Source: Arthrobacter sp.
Lineage (GTDB): Bacteria; Actinomycetota; Actinomycetes; Actinomycetales; Micrococcaceae
Assembly: GCA_035475035.1 (NCBI GenBank)
Contig: DATIMT010000270.1
Location: forward strand, 1-55,469
Direction: 5' to 3'
DNA: 55,469 bases
A program made the translations under genes and the position numbers. A model generated the notes under the pieces. That model was not told the origin of the DNA, searched no databases, and was given only the letters and a program-made list of their open reading frames with translations. Positions 20,262 through 30,186 of this stretch are shown piece after piece. Position 1 is the first letter of the stretch, and every line of letters begins with the position of its first letter.

Positions 20262-20351
20262 GGCTTCACTGTCGCACGGGCCTCTGACATTCACGGGAAG
20301 TGACGCTCCCCGGTACTGGCTGCAGGGGCCCGGCGGGTAGAATCAATGCTC

Positions 20352-21437
20352 GTGGCTCTTACTATTGGCATCGTCGGACTGCCCAACGTCGGCAAATCAA
20401 CCCTCTTCAACGCGCTCACACGCAACCAGGTCCTGGCGGCGAACTATCCGTTCGCCACCATTGAACCCAATGTCGGCGTCGTGAACCTCCCGGACCTGCG
20501 GCTCCAGAAGCTCGCCGGCATCTTCGGCTCGCAGCGTATCCTGCCCGCCGCCGTATCCTTCGTGGACATCGCCGGCATCGTCAAGGGCGCGTCCGAGGGG
20601 GAGGGCCTGGGCAACCAGTTCCTGGCCAACATCCGCGAGGCCGAAGCCATCGCCCAGGTTGTCCGGGTCTTCGATGACCCCGATGTGGTGCACGTCGATG
20701 GCAAAGTGGATCCGCGCTCGGACATGGAAACCATCAACACCGAGCTGATCCTTGCCGACCTGCAGACCATTGAAAAGGCCATCCCGCGGGTCGAAAAAGA
20801 AGTCAAGATCAAGAAGCGGGAGGCCGCCGAGCTTGCCGCCATCAAGGCCGCGCAGGCAGTGCTGGAGCGTGGAGACACCATCTACTCCTCCATCAAGAGC
20901 GACAAGCTGGAGATGGAGCACCTCAAGGAGCTGGGCCTGCTGACGGCCAAGCCTTTCATCTACGTGTTCAATGCGGACGAAGGAATCCTGGGCAGCCCCG
21001 AAAAACAGGAGGAGCTGCGCGCCCTGGTGGCCCCGGCGGACTGTATCTTCCTTGACGCAAAGCTCGAAGCCGACCTCGTGGAACTGGATGAGGAAGAAGC
21101 CCGCGAGATGCTTGAAATGAACGGCCAGGACGAGTCCGGCCTCGACCAGTTGGCGCGCGTGGGCTTCCACACCCTGGGGCTGCAGACGTACCTGACCGCC
21201 GGGCCCAAGGAAGCACGTGCCTGGACCATCCGGCAGGGGGACACCGCACCGCAGGCGGCCGGCGTGATCCACTCCGATTTCCAGCGCGGCTTCATCAAGG
21301 CCGAGGTGGTCTCCTTCAACGACCTCGTGGACGCCGGATCCATGGCTGAGGCAAAATCGCGCGGCAAGGTGCGCATCGAAGGCAAGGAATACGTCATGGC
21401 CGACGGCGACGTCGTGGAGTTCCGCTTCAACGTCTGA
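20352..21437 (+). CDS. ychF: Redox-regulated ATPase YchF
   Basis: [35 protein letters not shown] domain ending VVEFRFNV. Confidence 0.98.
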   Translation: MALTIGIVGLPNVGKSTLFNALTRNQVLAANYPFATIEPNVGVVNLPDLRLQKLAGIFGSQRILPAAVSFVDIAGIVKGASEGEGLGNQFLANIREAEAIAQVVRVFDDPDVVHVDGKVDPRSDMETINTELILADLQTIEKAIPRVEKEVKIKKREAAELAAIKAAQAVLERGDTIYSSIKSDKLEMEHLKELGLLTAKPFIYVFNADEGILGSPEKQEELRALVAPADCIFLDAKLEADLVELDEEEAREMLEMNGQDESGLDQLARVGFHTLGLQTYLTAGPKEARAWTIRQGDTAPQAAGVIHSDFQRGFIKAEVVSFNDLVDAGSMAEAKSRGKVRIEGKEYVMADGDVVEFRFNV

Positions 21438-21525
21438 CGGCCCGGACGGCTTATCCTGACTGTGTAGGGCGTGATCGTGGCGACCCCAGTCCCCTCCCGG
21501 GAGGGAAAAACACAAAGGAGGCGGC

Positions 21526-23286
21526 ATGCCGGTCCGGCGCCTGATGAAGTTGCTCATCGCCGCGTTGGCGGTTGCCCTGGTTCTTTCGGGCTGCTCAGGC
21601 GGGGGTGCCCCGTCGGTGGTGGTGGGCGAGGCGAAGCGCGGCGGAAGCGTGACGGTGGCCGAGGTCAATGCCTTTTCCTCCTTCAATCCGTACAGCGCGA
21701 ACGGCAATACCGACATCAATTCGAAAATCGGTGCCATCACCCACTCGGGCTTTTTCTACCTTGATGACAGCTCCAAAGTGGTCCGCAACGATAAGTTCGG
21801 CCACTTCGAAAAAGTCTCCGACCAGCCGCTCAAGGTGAAATACACGGTCAACGAGGGAGTCAAATGGTCAGATGGTGCGCCGATCGGCGCCGATGACCTC
21901 CTGTTGAGCTGGGCCGCCGGCTCGGGCTACTTTGACGACGTCGATCCAGCAACCGGCAAGGGCACCAGGTACTTCTCGGTTGCCTCCGACACCACCGGGC
22001 TTGCAGGTACCCTGTTTCCCGAGATCGGTTCCGACGGCCGGTCCATCACCATTGAGTACGCCGCACCGTACGCTGACTGGGAAGTCGCGTTCGACGTCGG
22101 ACTCCCTGCCCACGTCGTCGCTGCCAAGAGCGGGCTGAACGATGAGGAAGACCTGGTTAAGCTCCTCAAGGACACGCCGCGCGGCAACCCGGAGAAGCCG
22201 GCGTCAAACCCCGCGCTCAAGAAAGTCAGCGACTTTTGGAACACCGGGTTCGATACAAAATCCGTTCCCGTCGATCCGGCGCTCTACCTGTCCAGCGGCC
22301 CCTACATCGTCCGGGACATCGTGCCGGAAGTCTCCATGAAACTGGTCCGGAACCGGGACTACGTCTGGGGTCCCGAACCCTGGCTGGACGAAATCAATGT
22401 CAGGTTCACCGGGGCAGTGCCGGCCGCGGTCGACGCCCTGCGCAGCGGCCAGGTGGACATCATCTCGCCCCAGCCCTCAGCCGCAACGGACGAGCTCCTC
22501 ACTGGCCTGTCTGGGCAGGGCATCACCGTTGAACGGTACAAACAATCCGGCTACGACCACCTTGACCTCAACTTTTCCGGGCCGTTCGCCAACAAAGACG
22601 TCCGGGAAGCATTCCTCAAAACGGTTCCGCGGCAGGCGATCGTGGACGCAGTGGTGGGAACTGAGGTGCCGGACAACAAGCCGCTGGACTCGCAGGTGTT
22701 CCTGCCCGGCCAGCCCAAATACGCAGACACGGTGAAAAACAACGGTTCTTCGGATTACGCCTCGGTGGACGTCGAGTCCGCCAAGCGCCTCCTGAAGGGT
22801 GCCACGCCCACCATCCGGATCCTCTATAACCGGGACAACCCCAACCGGTCGAAGGCATTTGCCCTGATCCGCGACTCGGCTGCATTGGCGGGGTTCCGGG
22901 TGGTCGACGGCGGACAGGGAAGCGCTGACTGGGCGGCCGCGCTTAGCCGCGGCGGCTACGAGGCCGCGTTGTCGGGATGGATCGGCACCGAAGCCGGCGT
23001 GAGCCGCGTACCGCAGATCTTCCGCACCGGGGCCGGCAGCAACTTCACTGGCTATTCCGACGGCGACGCGGACAAGGTCATGGAGCAACTGGCTGTCACC
23101 ACGGACCTGGGCAAGCAGGACGAACTCCTGGCCGAGATTGACAAGCGTGTCTGGGAGGACGCTTACGGCCTGCCGCTCTACCAAACGCCGGGGACAACGG
23201 CCTTCAATTCCCGCGTTGCCGGCGTGAAGACCAGCCCCGGGCCCCTCGGCGTGTGGTGGAACGTAGCGGACTGGCGGTTGTCCTAG
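21526..23286 (+). CDS. Family 5 ABC substrate-binding lipoprotein
   Basis: Lipobox LSGC, VKWSDGAPI, SSGPY, HLDLNF, PLYQ; AAGGAGG SD. Confidence 0.9.
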   Translation: MPVRRLMKLLIAALAVALVLSGCSGGGAPSVVVGEAKRGGSVTVAEVNAFSSFNPYSANGNTDINSKIGAITHSGFFYLDDSSKVVRNDKFGHFEKVSDQPLKVKYTVNEGVKWSDGAPIGADDLLLSWAAGSGYFDDVDPATGKGTRYFSVASDTTGLAGTLFPEIGSDGRSITIEYAAPYADWEVAFDVGLPAHVVAAKSGLNDEEDLVKLLKDTPRGNPEKPASNPALKKVSDFWNTGFDTKSVPVDPALYLSSGPYIVRDIVPEVSMKLVRNRDYVWGPEPWLDEINVRFTGAVPAAVDALRSGQVDIISPQPSAATDELLTGLSGQGITVERYKQSGYDHLDLNFSGPFANKDVREAFLKTVPRQAIVDAVVGTEVPDNKPLDSQVFLPGQPKYADTVKNNGSSDYASVDVESAKRLLKGATPTIRILYNRDNPNRSKAFALIRDSAALAGFRVVDGGQGSADWAAALSRGGYEAALSGWIGTEAGVSRVPQIFRTGAGSNFTGYSDGDADKVMEQLAVTTDLGKQDELLAEIDKRVWEDAYGLPLYQTPGTTAFNSRVAGVKTSPGPLGVWWNVADWRLS

Positions 23287-23573
23287 CTGTCCAGCCCGGT
23301 CTCGCCGGGTCTTTCGGCCCTTGCGGAGCCTTCGCTCTGCCGATTCGCCGTCCGGCCTACCGGCGAGTAGCATGTGACGTGCCTAACTACCCACTACCAG
23401 CCGGGGCATTTCACTGCTCCGGTCACGGTTTGGCAACGGAGTACCAGTATCTGGACTACGTGCGGTTAGGCTAACTCGTATTATGTAGGTCTCGTCACAG
23501 CGGTGAGCTGCGTCTGGCCTGCGGGGAAGCACAAGATTCCCCTATATTTCTCCCACAACTCATAGGAGGCGGA

Positions 23574-25262
23574 ATGCGTTTCACGCGCACTTCCAAAGCA
23601 CTGGGCATCGTGGCAATCGCCGCGCTTGCCCTGACCGGGTGCGGCGCCGGTGGCGGCGGCGGCACTGACGGGTCCAGCACTGCTGCCGGCGATCCGAACA
23701 AGGTCATCACCGCTTACAGCAATGAGCCACAAAACCCGTTGCTGCCGGCAAACACCAATGAGGTTTACGGCGGCCGCGTCGTCAACCTGCTCTTCGAAGG
23801 CCTTCGCAGCTACGATGCGAACGGCAAGGCCGTCAACGCATTGGCCGATTCCATCGACTCATCGGATGCCCAGAACTGGACCATCAAGGTCAAGCAGGGC
23901 CAGAAGTTCACCAACGGCGAGGCCATCACGGCCAAGACCTTCGTTGACTCCTGGAACTTCGCAGCAAACTCCAAGAACCTGCAGAACAACGGGTTCTTCT
24001 TCGAGTCCATTGCCGGTTACGAGGACGTATCGGCCGTGAACACGGAGAAGGGCGCTGACGGCAAGACCACCAGCACCCCGGCCCCCAAGGCGGACACCAT
24101 GTCGGGTCTGAAGGCAACCGACGACTCCACCATCACTGTCAAGCTCGCCCAGCCGGAAGCTGACTGGTCCCTGCGCCTTGGCTACTCGGCCTTCTACCCG
24201 CTGCCTTCCGCCGCACTGGCAGACCCCAAGACCTACGGCGAGAACCCGGTGGGCAACGGTCCGTACAAGTTCGACAAGCAGGGTTCCTGGGTCCACGACC
24301 AATCCATCACCCTGGTGAAGAACCCCGACTACAACGGAACCCGCGCAGCCAAGAACGGCGGCGTCACGTTCAAGTTCTACACCGATCCGGGTCCCGCATA
24401 CACGGACCTGCAGTCTGACAACCTGGATATCACCGACGTTCTGCCGTCCAATGCGCTGAAGACGTACATCAATGACTTCCCGGACCGCAACGCCACCAAG
24501 GCCGTAGCCACCGATTCCACCCTGAACATCCCGCCATACAACCCGAACTTCCAGGGTGAAGCCGGCAAGCTGCGCCGCCAGGCACTGTCCTACGCCATCA
24601 ACCGCGAGGAAATCGCCAAGGTAGTCTTCAACGGCACCCGCACCCCGGCCAAGGCTTTCGCTCCGCCGGTCATCGACGGTTTCAAGGAAGGCATCAAGGG
24701 CAGCGAAGTCCTGAACTTCGATCCCGCAAAGGCCAAGGACCTGTGGGCGCAGGCCAACAAGATCCAGCCGTATGACGATTCCAAGCCCCTCCAGATTGCC
24801 TCCAACACTGACGGCGGCAACAAGGAATGGATCGACGCGGTTGCCAACGGCTTCAAGAACAACCTCGGCATCCAGGCTGAAATCCAGCCTTTCGCGAAGT
24901 TCGCCGAAGTCCTGAACCTGCGCAAGACCCAGCAGCTGCCGGGCCTGACCCGCGCCGGCTGGCAGGGTGACTACCCGTCGCTGTACAACTTCCTGGGACC
25001 GGTTTGGGCCACGGGTGCTTCCTCCAACTACGAGAAGTACTCAAACCCCGAGTTCGACAAGCTGCTGAAGGAGGGCCTGGCCGCCAAGAGCACTGACGAG
25101 GCAAATGCCAAGTTCAACCAGGCACAGGAGATTCTCTTCCAGGACCTGCCCGGACTTCCGCTTTGGGACCAGGCACGCCCGATCGTGTGGAGCAACAACG
25201 TCGTGAAGGCCGAAACCGGCTGGAACGGTGAAATTCTCTACTACGGCATCACTGCCAAGTAG
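23574..25262 (+). CDS. Peptide ABC substrate-binding lipoprotein (DppA/OppA-like)
   Basis: Lipobox LTGC, KFTNGE, PVGNGPY, RAGWQGDYP; AGGAGG SD; strongly biased codons. Confidence 0.93.
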   Translation: MRFTRTSKALGIVAIAALALTGCGAGGGGGTDGSSTAAGDPNKVITAYSNEPQNPLLPANTNEVYGGRVVNLLFEGLRSYDANGKAVNALADSIDSSDAQNWTIKVKQGQKFTNGEAITAKTFVDSWNFAANSKNLQNNGFFFESIAGYEDVSAVNTEKGADGKTTSTPAPKADTMSGLKATDDSTITVKLAQPEADWSLRLGYSAFYPLPSAALADPKTYGENPVGNGPYKFDKQGSWVHDQSITLVKNPDYNGTRAAKNGGVTFKFYTDPGPAYTDLQSDNLDITDVLPSNALKTYINDFPDRNATKAVATDSTLNIPPYNPNFQGEAGKLRRQALSYAINREEIAKVVFNGTRTPAKAFAPPVIDGFKEGIKGSEVLNFDPAKAKDLWAQANKIQPYDDSKPLQIASNTDGGNKEWIDAVANGFKNNLGIQAEIQPFAKFAEVLNLRKTQQLPGLTRAGWQGDYPSLYNFLGPVWATGASSNYEKYSNPEFDKLLKEGLAAKSTDEANAKFNQAQEILFQDLPGLPLWDQARPIVWSNNVVKAETGWNGEILYYGITAK

Positions 25263-25289
25263 TCCCAGATCTAACTTGCCGTCAGGCTG

Positions 25290-25320
25290 ATGGGGGTTCC
25301 GGTCACGTCCGGGCCCCCAT
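25290..25320 (+). terminator. Intra-operon stem-loop after SBP gene
   Basis: ATGGGGG..CCGG / CCGG..CCCCCAT. Confidence 0.55.
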
Positions 25321-25387
25321 TGGCTTGCAAGCGGCAGGAAGGCATTCATGAACGCGTTTTCCCCTTTACCGGAAGGCAGGTGACCCT

Positions 25388-26317
25388 GTGATCCGGTTCA
25401 TCCTGCGCCGACTCCTTCAGGTGATCCCTGTTTTCCTCGGCACTACCCTTTTGGTGTACTACATGGTCTTCGCCCTGCCCGGCGATCCCATCGCTGCGTT
25501 GTTCGGCGACCGCCAGCCCCCGCAGGCAGTCATCGATACCCTGCGCAGCCAGTACAACCTGGACCAACCCTTCTGGGTCCAGTACGGCCTGTTCCTCAAG
25601 AACCTTTTCACTTTCAACCTGGGCAACGACTTCACCGGTCAGCCGATCGCGGCAAGCCTCGCCCGGGTCTTTCCCGTAACGGCAATGCTCGCCGTCGAGG
25701 CATTGGCCATTCAGGCCGTCTTCGGTGTTGCGTTCGGCGTTTTTGCTGGCCTGCGCCGCGGCGGCTGGTTCGACTCCACGGTCCTGGTGGCCTCCCTGGT
25801 GGTCATCGCAGTCCCCACCTTTGTCCTCGGCTTCGTTTTCCAGCTCGTTTTTGGCGTGCAGCTCGGCTGGGCCAAACCCACCGTGGGCGCCAATGCCAAC
25901 TGGGTTACCCTGTTGCTGCCGGCAGTGGTCCTGGGTCTCGTGTCCTTTGCCTATGTGCTGCGCCTGACCCGGGCATCGGTGAGCGAAAACATGAACGCCG
26001 ATTACGTGCGGACTGCCACCGCCAAGGGCCTGTCCCGGCCCCGGGTGGTCCTGGCGCACATCCTGCGCAACTCGCTGATCCCGGTGGTGACCTACCTGGG
26101 CGCCAACCTTGGCGGCCTCATGGGCGGCGCCATTGTCACCGAGGGCATCTTCAACGTTCCCGGCGTAGGCAACAAGCTCTACCAGGCTGTCCTCCGCAGT
26201 GAAGGTCCCACCATCGTCTCCATCGTCAGCGTGCTGGTGCTGGTGTTCGTGGTGGCCAACCTGCTTGTCGATCTCCTGTACGCCTGGCTTGACCCGAGGA
26301 TCCGCTATGACCAGTAA
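25388..26317 (+). CDS. Peptide ABC permease (DppB/OppB-like)
   Basis: LPGDP, DYVRTATAKGL, YAWLDPRIR. Confidence 0.95.
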   Translation: MIRFILRRLLQVIPVFLGTTLLVYYMVFALPGDPIAALFGDRQPPQAVIDTLRSQYNLDQPFWVQYGLFLKNLFTFNLGNDFTGQPIAASLARVFPVTAMLAVEALAIQAVFGVAFGVFAGLRRGGWFDSTVLVASLVVIAVPTFVLGFVFQLVFGVQLGWAKPTVGANANWVTLLLPAVVLGLVSFAYVLRLTRASVSENMNADYVRTATAKGLSRPRVVLAHILRNSLIPVVTYLGANLGGLMGGAIVTEGIFNVPGVGNKLYQAVLRSEGPTIVSIVSVLVLVFVVANLLVDLLYAWLDPRIRYDQ

Positions 26318-27251
26318 TCACAGCCACTTTGTGGCCCCCATCGACCAGACCCCGCTGCAGGCAACGGACGCCGTCAAGACTGACCAGGCCCCGCTCAGCC
26401 TCTGGACAGACGCCTGGCGCAAGCTCCGCCGTCGTCCGCTGTTCATTATCTCGACACTGCTGATCCTTGCCCTGATCGTGATTGCACTGTTCCCGGGTAT
26501 TTTCACGTCAACCCCGCCCAACGAGGGCTGTGAGCTTGCCAATTCAGAAGGCGGCCCCACCGCCGGGCACCCCTTCGGCTTCACCTTCCAGGGCTGCGAT
26601 GTCTACTCCAGGGTCATCCACGGCACGCAGGCTTCACTTTCGGTGGGCCTGCTCTCAGTGCTCTGCGTCCTGGTCATCGGTGTGACCCTCGGCGCCCTTG
26701 CCGGATACTACGGCGGCTGGATCGATGCCGTGCTGGCCCGCCTGGGTGACATCTTCTTCGCGCTGCCACTTGTGCTGGGCGCATTGGTCATCACGCAGCT
26801 GCCGCTGTTCCGCGCGAACAAGAGCGTCTGGACTGTGGTGTTTGTCATCTCCCTCCTGGCCTGGCCACAAATGGCCCGCATTACCAGGGGCGCGGTGATC
26901 GAGGTGCGCAACGCAGACTTCGTCACGGCTGCACGCGCGCTGGGTGTCTCCAAATTCGGCGCCTTGATCCGCCACGTCCTGCCCAACGCCCTGGCTCCGA
27001 TCATTGTCCTGGCAACGCTGGAACTTGGCGTCTTCATCGTGGCAGAAGCCACCCTGTCCTTCCTGGGTATTGGCCTCCCGCAGAGCATCATGTCCTGGGG
27101 CAACGACATCGCAGGAGCCCAGGCATCCATCAGGACCCGGCCTGAAATCATGCTCTACCCGGCCGCGGCGCTGTCCCTCACGGTACTGAGCTTCATCATG
27201 CTGGGCGACGCCGTACGCGACGCCCTTGACCCGAAGAGCCGTCAGCGATGA
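26307..27251 (+). CDS. Peptide ABC permease (DppC/OppC-like)
   Basis: HPFG..QGCDVYSR, FVTAARALG, LSFLGIG, RDALDP. Confidence 0.94.
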   Translation: MTSNHSHFVAPIDQTPLQATDAVKTDQAPLSLWTDAWRKLRRRPLFIISTLLILALIVIALFPGIFTSTPPNEGCELANSEGGPTAGHPFGFTFQGCDVYSRVIHGTQASLSVGLLSVLCVLVIGVTLGALAGYYGGWIDAVLARLGDIFFALPLVLGALVITQLPLFRANKSVWTVVFVISLLAWPQMARITRGAVIEVRNADFVTAARALGVSKFGALIRHVLPNALAPIIVLATLELGVFIVAEATLSFLGIGLPQSIMSWGNDIAGAQASIRTRPEIMLYPAAALSLTVLSFIMLGDAVRDALDPKSRQR

Positions 27252-27262
27252 GAGATAAAGAG

Positions 27263-28969
27263 ATGACCACTCCAGACGTCCGCATTGATGAGGCCGGCAC
27301 CACCGGCGTCAGGCCGCTACTCGAAATCCGCGACCTGGCCATCACCTTCAAGACCGGCAGCGGTGAAGTCCAGGCTGTCCGGGACGCCCACCTGACCATC
27401 ATGCCCGGCGAAACGGTCGCGATCGTGGGGGAGTCCGGCTCCGGCAAATCCACCACCGCCCTGGCGGCCATCGGCCTCCTGCCCAACAACGGCAGCGTGT
27501 CCGGCGGCCAGATCCTGCTCGACGGCGAGGACATCGCCCACGCCAGCGAGCAGCGCATGATCGAACTGCGCGGCAACACCATCGGCATGGTGCCGCAGGA
27601 CCCCATGTCCAACCTGAACCCGGTATGGAAGATCGGCTACCAGGTCCGGGAAACGCTCCGGGCGAACGGCCGTCCCAGCGGGCCGGATGACATTGCCAAG
27701 GTGCTGTCCCAGGCGGGACTGCCGGATGCCAAGCGCCGGGCCAACCAGTACCCGCACGAGTTCTCGGGCGGTATGCGCCAGCGCGCGCTGATCGCTATCG
27801 GCCTCTCCTGCCAGCCGCGCCTGCTCATCGCGGACGAGCCGACGTCGGCCCTCGACGTCACGGTCCAGCGTCAGATCCTGGACCACTTGGAGACCATGAC
27901 CAACGAGTTGGGCACCTCGGTCCTGCTGATCACCCATGACCTGGGCCTGGCAGCAGAGCGTGCAGACAAAGTCGTGGTCATGTACCAGGGCCGCGTCGTT
28001 GAAGCGGGACCGTCGCTGGAACTGCTCCGCAATCCACAGCACCCCTACACCAAGCGGCTCGTGGAGTCGGCTCCTTCCCTCGCCAGCCGCCGTATCCAGG
28101 TGGCCAAGGAGCAGGGAGTGGAGACGGCGGACCTGCTGGCGCCCGCCGCCGAGACGGTGAAGTCCGAAACCTTCCTGCAGATCCAGGACCTGCGGAAGGT
28201 GTACAAGCTCCGCCAGGGGCTGGGAAAGACGACCGATTTCGCGGCCGTCGACGGTGTGAGCTTCGACGTCCGTCGTGGTACCACGACGGCGATCGTGGGG
28301 GAGTCCGGTTCGGGCAAGTCCACAGTGGCCAAGATGGTCCTCCAGCTGGAAAAGCCGACGGACGGCAGGATCCTGTTCGACGGCGTCGACACCTCGGCCC
28401 TGAAGCCGGCTGAACTGTTCAAGTTCCGCAGGCGGGTCCAGCCGATCTTCCAGGACCCGTATGGCTCCCTCGATCCGATGTACAACATCTATCGCACGAT
28501 CGAAGAACCGCTACGGGTCCACAAGATCGGGGACCAGGCCAGCCGGGAAAAGAAAGTCCGGACACTGCTGGACCAGGTGGCACTGCCACAGTCCGCCATG
28601 CAGCGGTATCCGAATGAGCTGTCGGGCGGGCAGCGACAGCGCGTTGCCATTGCGCGGGCTCTGGCGCTGGACCCCGAGGTCATCATCTGTGATGAGGCCG
28701 TCTCTGCCCTTGACGTGCTGGTGCAGGCGCAGGTGCTGAACCTGCTCGCCGACCTGCAAGCCAACCTTGGGCTGACGTACCTGTTCATCACCCACGACCT
28801 CGCCGTGGTGCGGCAGATCGCGGACCACGTGTGCGTGATGGAGAAGGGCCGCCTGGTGGAAACCGGTTCCACCGACGACGTGTTCGAAGCGCCCCAGCAG
28901 GACTACACCAAGGCCCTGCTCAACGCCATTCCGGGGGCCAAGCTGATGCTTCCGCCCGAAGTGGCATAG
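27263..28969 (+). CDS. Peptide ABC ATPase with two fused NBDs (DppD/F)
   Basis: Two GESGSGKS Walker A motifs, FSGGMRQR and LSGGQRQR. Confidence 0.95.
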   Translation: MTTPDVRIDEAGTTGVRPLLEIRDLAITFKTGSGEVQAVRDAHLTIMPGETVAIVGESGSGKSTTALAAIGLLPNNGSVSGGQILLDGEDIAHASEQRMIELRGNTIGMVPQDPMSNLNPVWKIGYQVRETLRANGRPSGPDDIAKVLSQAGLPDAKRRANQYPHEFSGGMRQRALIAIGLSCQPRLLIADEPTSALDVTVQRQILDHLETMTNELGTSVLLITHDLGLAAERADKVVVMYQGRVVEAGPSLELLRNPQHPYTKRLVESAPSLASRRIQVAKEQGVETADLLAPAAETVKSETFLQIQDLRKVYKLRQGLGKTTDFAAVDGVSFDVRRGTTTAIVGESGSGKSTVAKMVLQLEKPTDGRILFDGVDTSALKPAELFKFRRRVQPIFQDPYGSLDPMYNIYRTIEEPLRVHKIGDQASREKKVRTLLDQVALPQSAMQRYPNELSGGQRQRVAIARALALDPEVIICDEAVSALDVLVQAQVLNLLADLQANLGLTYLFITHDLAVVRQIADHVCVMEKGRLVETGSTDDVFEAPQQDYTKALLNAIPGAKLMLPPEVA

Positions 28970-28985
28970 CGGTAATTCTCCCGTG

Positions 28986-29028
28986 AACGGATGAAGCCGG
29001 GACCTTCGGGTCCCGGCTTCAACCGTTT
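28986..29028. terminator. Bidirectional terminator with cUUCGg loop
   Basis: TGAAGCCGGGACC-TTCG-GGTCCCGGCTTCA. Confidence 0.85.
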
Positions 29029-29050
29029 GTGCAGTTCGTACCCGTGGGCG

Positions 29051-29965
29051 CTAGCTTGGGCCGGCGCTGGGGGCGGCGGGAACCTGAAGCTCGCGGAAGC
29101 GGCGCTCCAGGATCCCGCCAAGCTGTTTGCGGCCTTCGGCATCCATGTGGACTGAGTCAGCCAGGTGCTGCGTGAGGTTGTACTTCGTCAGCCAGTCGCC
29201 CGCGCTCACGAATGTGACGTTTTGCCTGGCCGCGATGTCGCCCAGCAGGCCGTCCACCTGGCTCCGGCGGCCGCCACCGTTTTGGGCTCCGCGCGCAAGG
29301 GTTCCCACCATCACGATCTGCGTGGCGGGGTACCTGGCTTTGAGTGCTTGGATGAGCCGGTTGGCGTTGGCGGCGATTTGGGCATCCGATGCTCCGCGGG
29401 CGGCATCGTTGCCTCCGCCTTCCACCACGATCAGGCCCGGTGTTCCGGCCGGAAGGAGCCAGTCGCCCCGCTCCAGGGCATCGATATAGTTGCCGATCTT
29501 CCCGTTGGCGGCGGTGAATCCCGTGCCGCCATAGCCGCAGAAGTGGACGTTGTATCCCAGGCCTGCCAGCGCCCGGCGCGGCCAGCCGTCAACAGGTTCG
29601 GACTGTGAATCCCCGATCAGAATCGCCGTGCTCCGGACATTCGCCACCACGACTTCCCTGCGGCCAAAGACGGGGTTGCGGTAAATGTCCCCGGGAAAAA
29701 GCGCGGGCCGGTGCAGTACTTCCGAGAGGTCGATGTCTGTGGAATGGGGCGCGTCGTCCAGGCGCGGGGCGGCAGCCGCCCTCAGCAGGGCAGGCGGCAT
29801 ACTCTCCGTGCCGGCTCCTGGGGGATCCTCCGGCAGGTCCACAACCGGTTGTCCCGGACCCACGAGGACCACGCCCGCAGCCAGTGCAAGCACCGCGGCG
29901 CGCGTGACGACACGCATAGGGTGAAGGCGCATCGTCCGGGGCAGTTTGCTGCTCATCACCAGCAA
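29051..29965 (-). CDS. SGNH/GDSL hydrolase, probably exported or anchored
   Basis: LIGDSQS, GGTG, GGGND, DSVH blocks; hydrophobic N-terminus. Start uncertain (29956/29932/29917 possible). Confidence 0.85.
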   Translation of the reverse strand: MLVMSSKLPRTMRLHPMRVVTRAAVLALAAGVVLVGPGQPVVDLPEDPPGAGTESMPPALLRAAAAPRLDDAPHSTDIDLSEVLHRPALFPGDIYRNPVFGRREVVVANVRSTAILIGDSQSEPVDGWPRRALAGLGYNVHFCGYGGTGFTAANGKIGNYIDALERGDWLLPAGTPGLIVVEGGGNDAARGASDAQIAANANRLIQALKARYPATQIVMVGTLARGAQNGGGRRSQVDGLLGDIAARQNVTFVSAGDWLTKYNLTQHLADSVHMDAEGRKQLGGILERRFRELQVPAAPSAGPS

Positions 29966-30004
29966 TCATGGGGCATCAGGCCATATTTATCCAATAACTG
30001 TGGC

Positions 30005-30041
30005 GCCAGCGGAGGGGCCCCGGGGCGGCCCCTCCGCTGGC
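30005..30041. repeat. Perfect 15-bp inverted repeat
   Basis: GCCAGCGGAGGGGCC-N7-GGCCCCTCCGCTGGC. Confidence 0.85.
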
Positions 30042-30186
30042 TGTTTCCGCACATTTTTAGGCCAATACTTGCCGCTGCGAGTAGACTTGGGTAAGGAGTC
30101 CCGTGTTAAGGGGCTGATCTGTCGTGCGTTTCGGTTGGAAATGTCGCGATGACTAACAACTGACCCACTGAATCGAGCCTTTACGC

